From Candidatus Saccharimonadota bacterium (GTDB lineage Bacteria; Patescibacteriota; Saccharimonadia; Saccharimonadales; JACDBH01), in the NCBI GenBank assembly GCA_013694995.1, contig JACDBH010000001.1:2145-66144 (forward strand): 64,000 bases of DNA, written 5' to 3'. The notes below the pieces were generated by a model that saw only the letters and a list, made by a program, of their open reading frames with translations, was not told the origin of the DNA and did no database searches. The translations under genes were made by a program, and so were the position numbers. The first letter of the stretch is position 1. Every line of letters starts with the position of its first letter. Below, piece after piece: positions 62,809-64,000 of the stretch.

Positions 62809-63630
62809 ATGGCAGAAGGGTATGCGCCAGTCGATGAATACGGCATGGCGCATGCACCCTTTCCCTCAGACATTAACTACACTGGCGCGACAGAAGACCA
62901 CCACCTTATATTTCAAAGAGCCGATCCTGAACTAGCAACCCCAGCGGGGGAGGCATGGCGGTTGATACAAGTACTCAAACTAGCACCCCGTGACCACAGG
63001 GTATTTCATGATGCCCATATGCTAGGGCTGGAAAGCCTCGATGTTAATAGTAGTAAGCATCATTCTATAAGCGATGAAGATAAAAAATGCGGCCTTGTTA
63101 TTGCTGGGGGCGCTAATTATCTCAACCGCTGGGGGGTGAGGACTACTCCGGACGGGAAATCAACACTTAAGTATATAGACGACGCGACGTATAAGTTTAT
63201 CCACGATCCTGGGAATATGTACCCTGAACGCAGCTATCCTACCGTACCTGTGCATGGTGAGGATACCTCAGCACGTGCAAAAGAGCGAATTGGCAAATTC
63301 TTCACTTATTTCGTTGTTAACAAGGGCTTTGATTATCTCGATCCAGAAAAAATTAACAGCTTCACCCGGAAAGAAGGCGACAAAAATCGCAAAATTTCAG
63401 GGCGAGTTATGTTTGCCGAAGCAATCACTGAAGCAATGCGACCCTTTGAACATATGTATGAGCGGATGGGGAAAGCAGGTTTATTGAATACTGAGTTTAG
63501 TACAGCTGCTGAGTTAGTCCAGAGTTTGCACATTCCAATGAGTTGGCAAGAGCTACAACTGATCACAAGGAAAGAAAAACCGTTTGAATGGTATAAAGTT
63601 GAGCAGACTTCCAAAGCCAAAGCTGCATAA
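62809..63630 (+). CDS. hypothetical protein (273 aa)
   Basis: Long ORF; no recognisable domain. Confidence 0.5.
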   Translation: MAEGYAPVDEYGMAHAPFPSDINYTGATEDHHLIFQRADPELATPAGEAWRLIQVLKLAPRDHRVFHDAHMLGLESLDVNSSKHHSISDEDKKCGLVIAGGANYLNRWGVRTTPDGKSTLKYIDDATYKFIHDPGNMYPERSYPTVPVHGEDTSARAKERIGKFFTYFVVNKGFDYLDPEKINSFTRKEGDKNRKISGRVMFAEAITEAMRPFEHMYERMGKAGLLNTEFSTAAELVQSLHIPMSWQELQLITRKEKPFEWYKVEQTSKAKAA

Positions 63631-63633
63631 GCA

Positions 63634-63975
63634 CTAGGCAGTGAGCAGAACTTCCGGGAGTTTAGGAATAATTGCCCCATTGCGGATTCGCTGCCTAAGC
63701 GCACGTACATCAGACAAGCGTGTGACGGGTACAATGCGATGCTCCGGAGGGACTTCTGCTTGTATGTTTCCTATTTTTCGCCACCCATAGAGGCGCTCAT
63801 TGAGTTCACTTAGCCAATACTCGGTATCTAAAACATCCCTGTATGTTTCCAGTGAATATTGGCTCCGTGGCGTTATCCCGGCAATATATCCGAGAACTCT
63901 GCGAGTCTTATATTTCTTCTCATCATATTCATCACGGGCTTTATCGAGCCGGTGTGCGCTTCTGAGAAGTACCAT
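63634..63975 (-). CDS. hypothetical protein (113 aa)
   Basis: ORF convergent with 62809-63630 (3-nt gap between the stops); no recognisable domain. Confidence 0.4.
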   Translation of the reverse strand: MVLLRSAHRLDKARDEYDEKKYKTRRVLGYIAGITPRSQYSLETYRDVLDTEYWLSELNERLYGWRKIGNIQAEVPPEHRIVPVTRLSDVRALRQRIRNGAIIPKLPEVLLTA

Positions 63976-64000
63976 AGCCGCTGCCCACGCAGAATTGCGA

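Noticed and set aside
41841-63205. Isolated DnaA-box-like 9-mers (TGTGGATAC at 41841-41849; TTATCCACG at 63197-63205).
   Set aside because: They are single 8/9 matches inside coding regions. There is no cluster, no AT-rich unwinding element and no dnaA/dnaN nearby, so this is not an origin.

Overview
Gene-dense 64-kb window (about 90% coding, standard genetic code, many ATGA/4-bp start-stop overlaps), made up almost entirely of housekeeping genes. Translation and RNA metabolism: valS (partial, runs off the left edge and is missing from the ORF track), argS, tsaD, truB, rpsT, rpsO, pnp, RNase J, orn, tRNA-Ser(GGA). Replication and repair: dnaG, polA, holA, ftsK, mutM, mpg, family-4 UDG. Also rpoD, and groES-groEL behind a CIRCE operator. 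Gram-positive-type envelope genes: MurE-like ligase, two CapA paralogs, VanY, a class A beta-lactamase-like hydrolase, an LPXTG substrate and a MacB-type ABC pair. Sugar metabolism: PMM/PGM, PGI/PMI and an OtsA-OtsB fusion. About 20 short orphan genes are scattered through the window. By inference only, the reduced gene set, insert-laden core proteins and several actinobacterial-type accessory genes suggest a Patescibacteria/CPR genome of the Saccharibacteria (TM7) type. I saw no rRNA, CRISPR array, transposase, integrase, reverse transcriptase or phage genes. Main hunting results: (1) Two tandem orphan-gene cassettes at 7133-8435 each end in a 100%-identical 106-nt rod-like element plus its own terminator. 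The element exposes a C-rich strand that is complementary over 13-16 nt to the SD/start region of the orphan gene at 13767. I read it as a candidate 3'UTR-borne sRNA and target; MITE or attC-like site are alternatives. (2) The lineage-specific insertions in tsaD (two), mutM and truB each coincide with strong nucleotide hairpins, suggesting in-frame palindromic insertions. (3) Near-consensus sigma70 promoters sit 5-8 nt upstream of several start codons, implying leaderless mRNAs. (4) A sensor-less GGDEF protein lies next to a possible degenerate PilZ protein. (5) DnaG has lost all four zinc ligands. (6) A HAD hydrolase is frameshifted at a GCT repeat. All functional calls rest on motif recognition by eye; no database search was possible.
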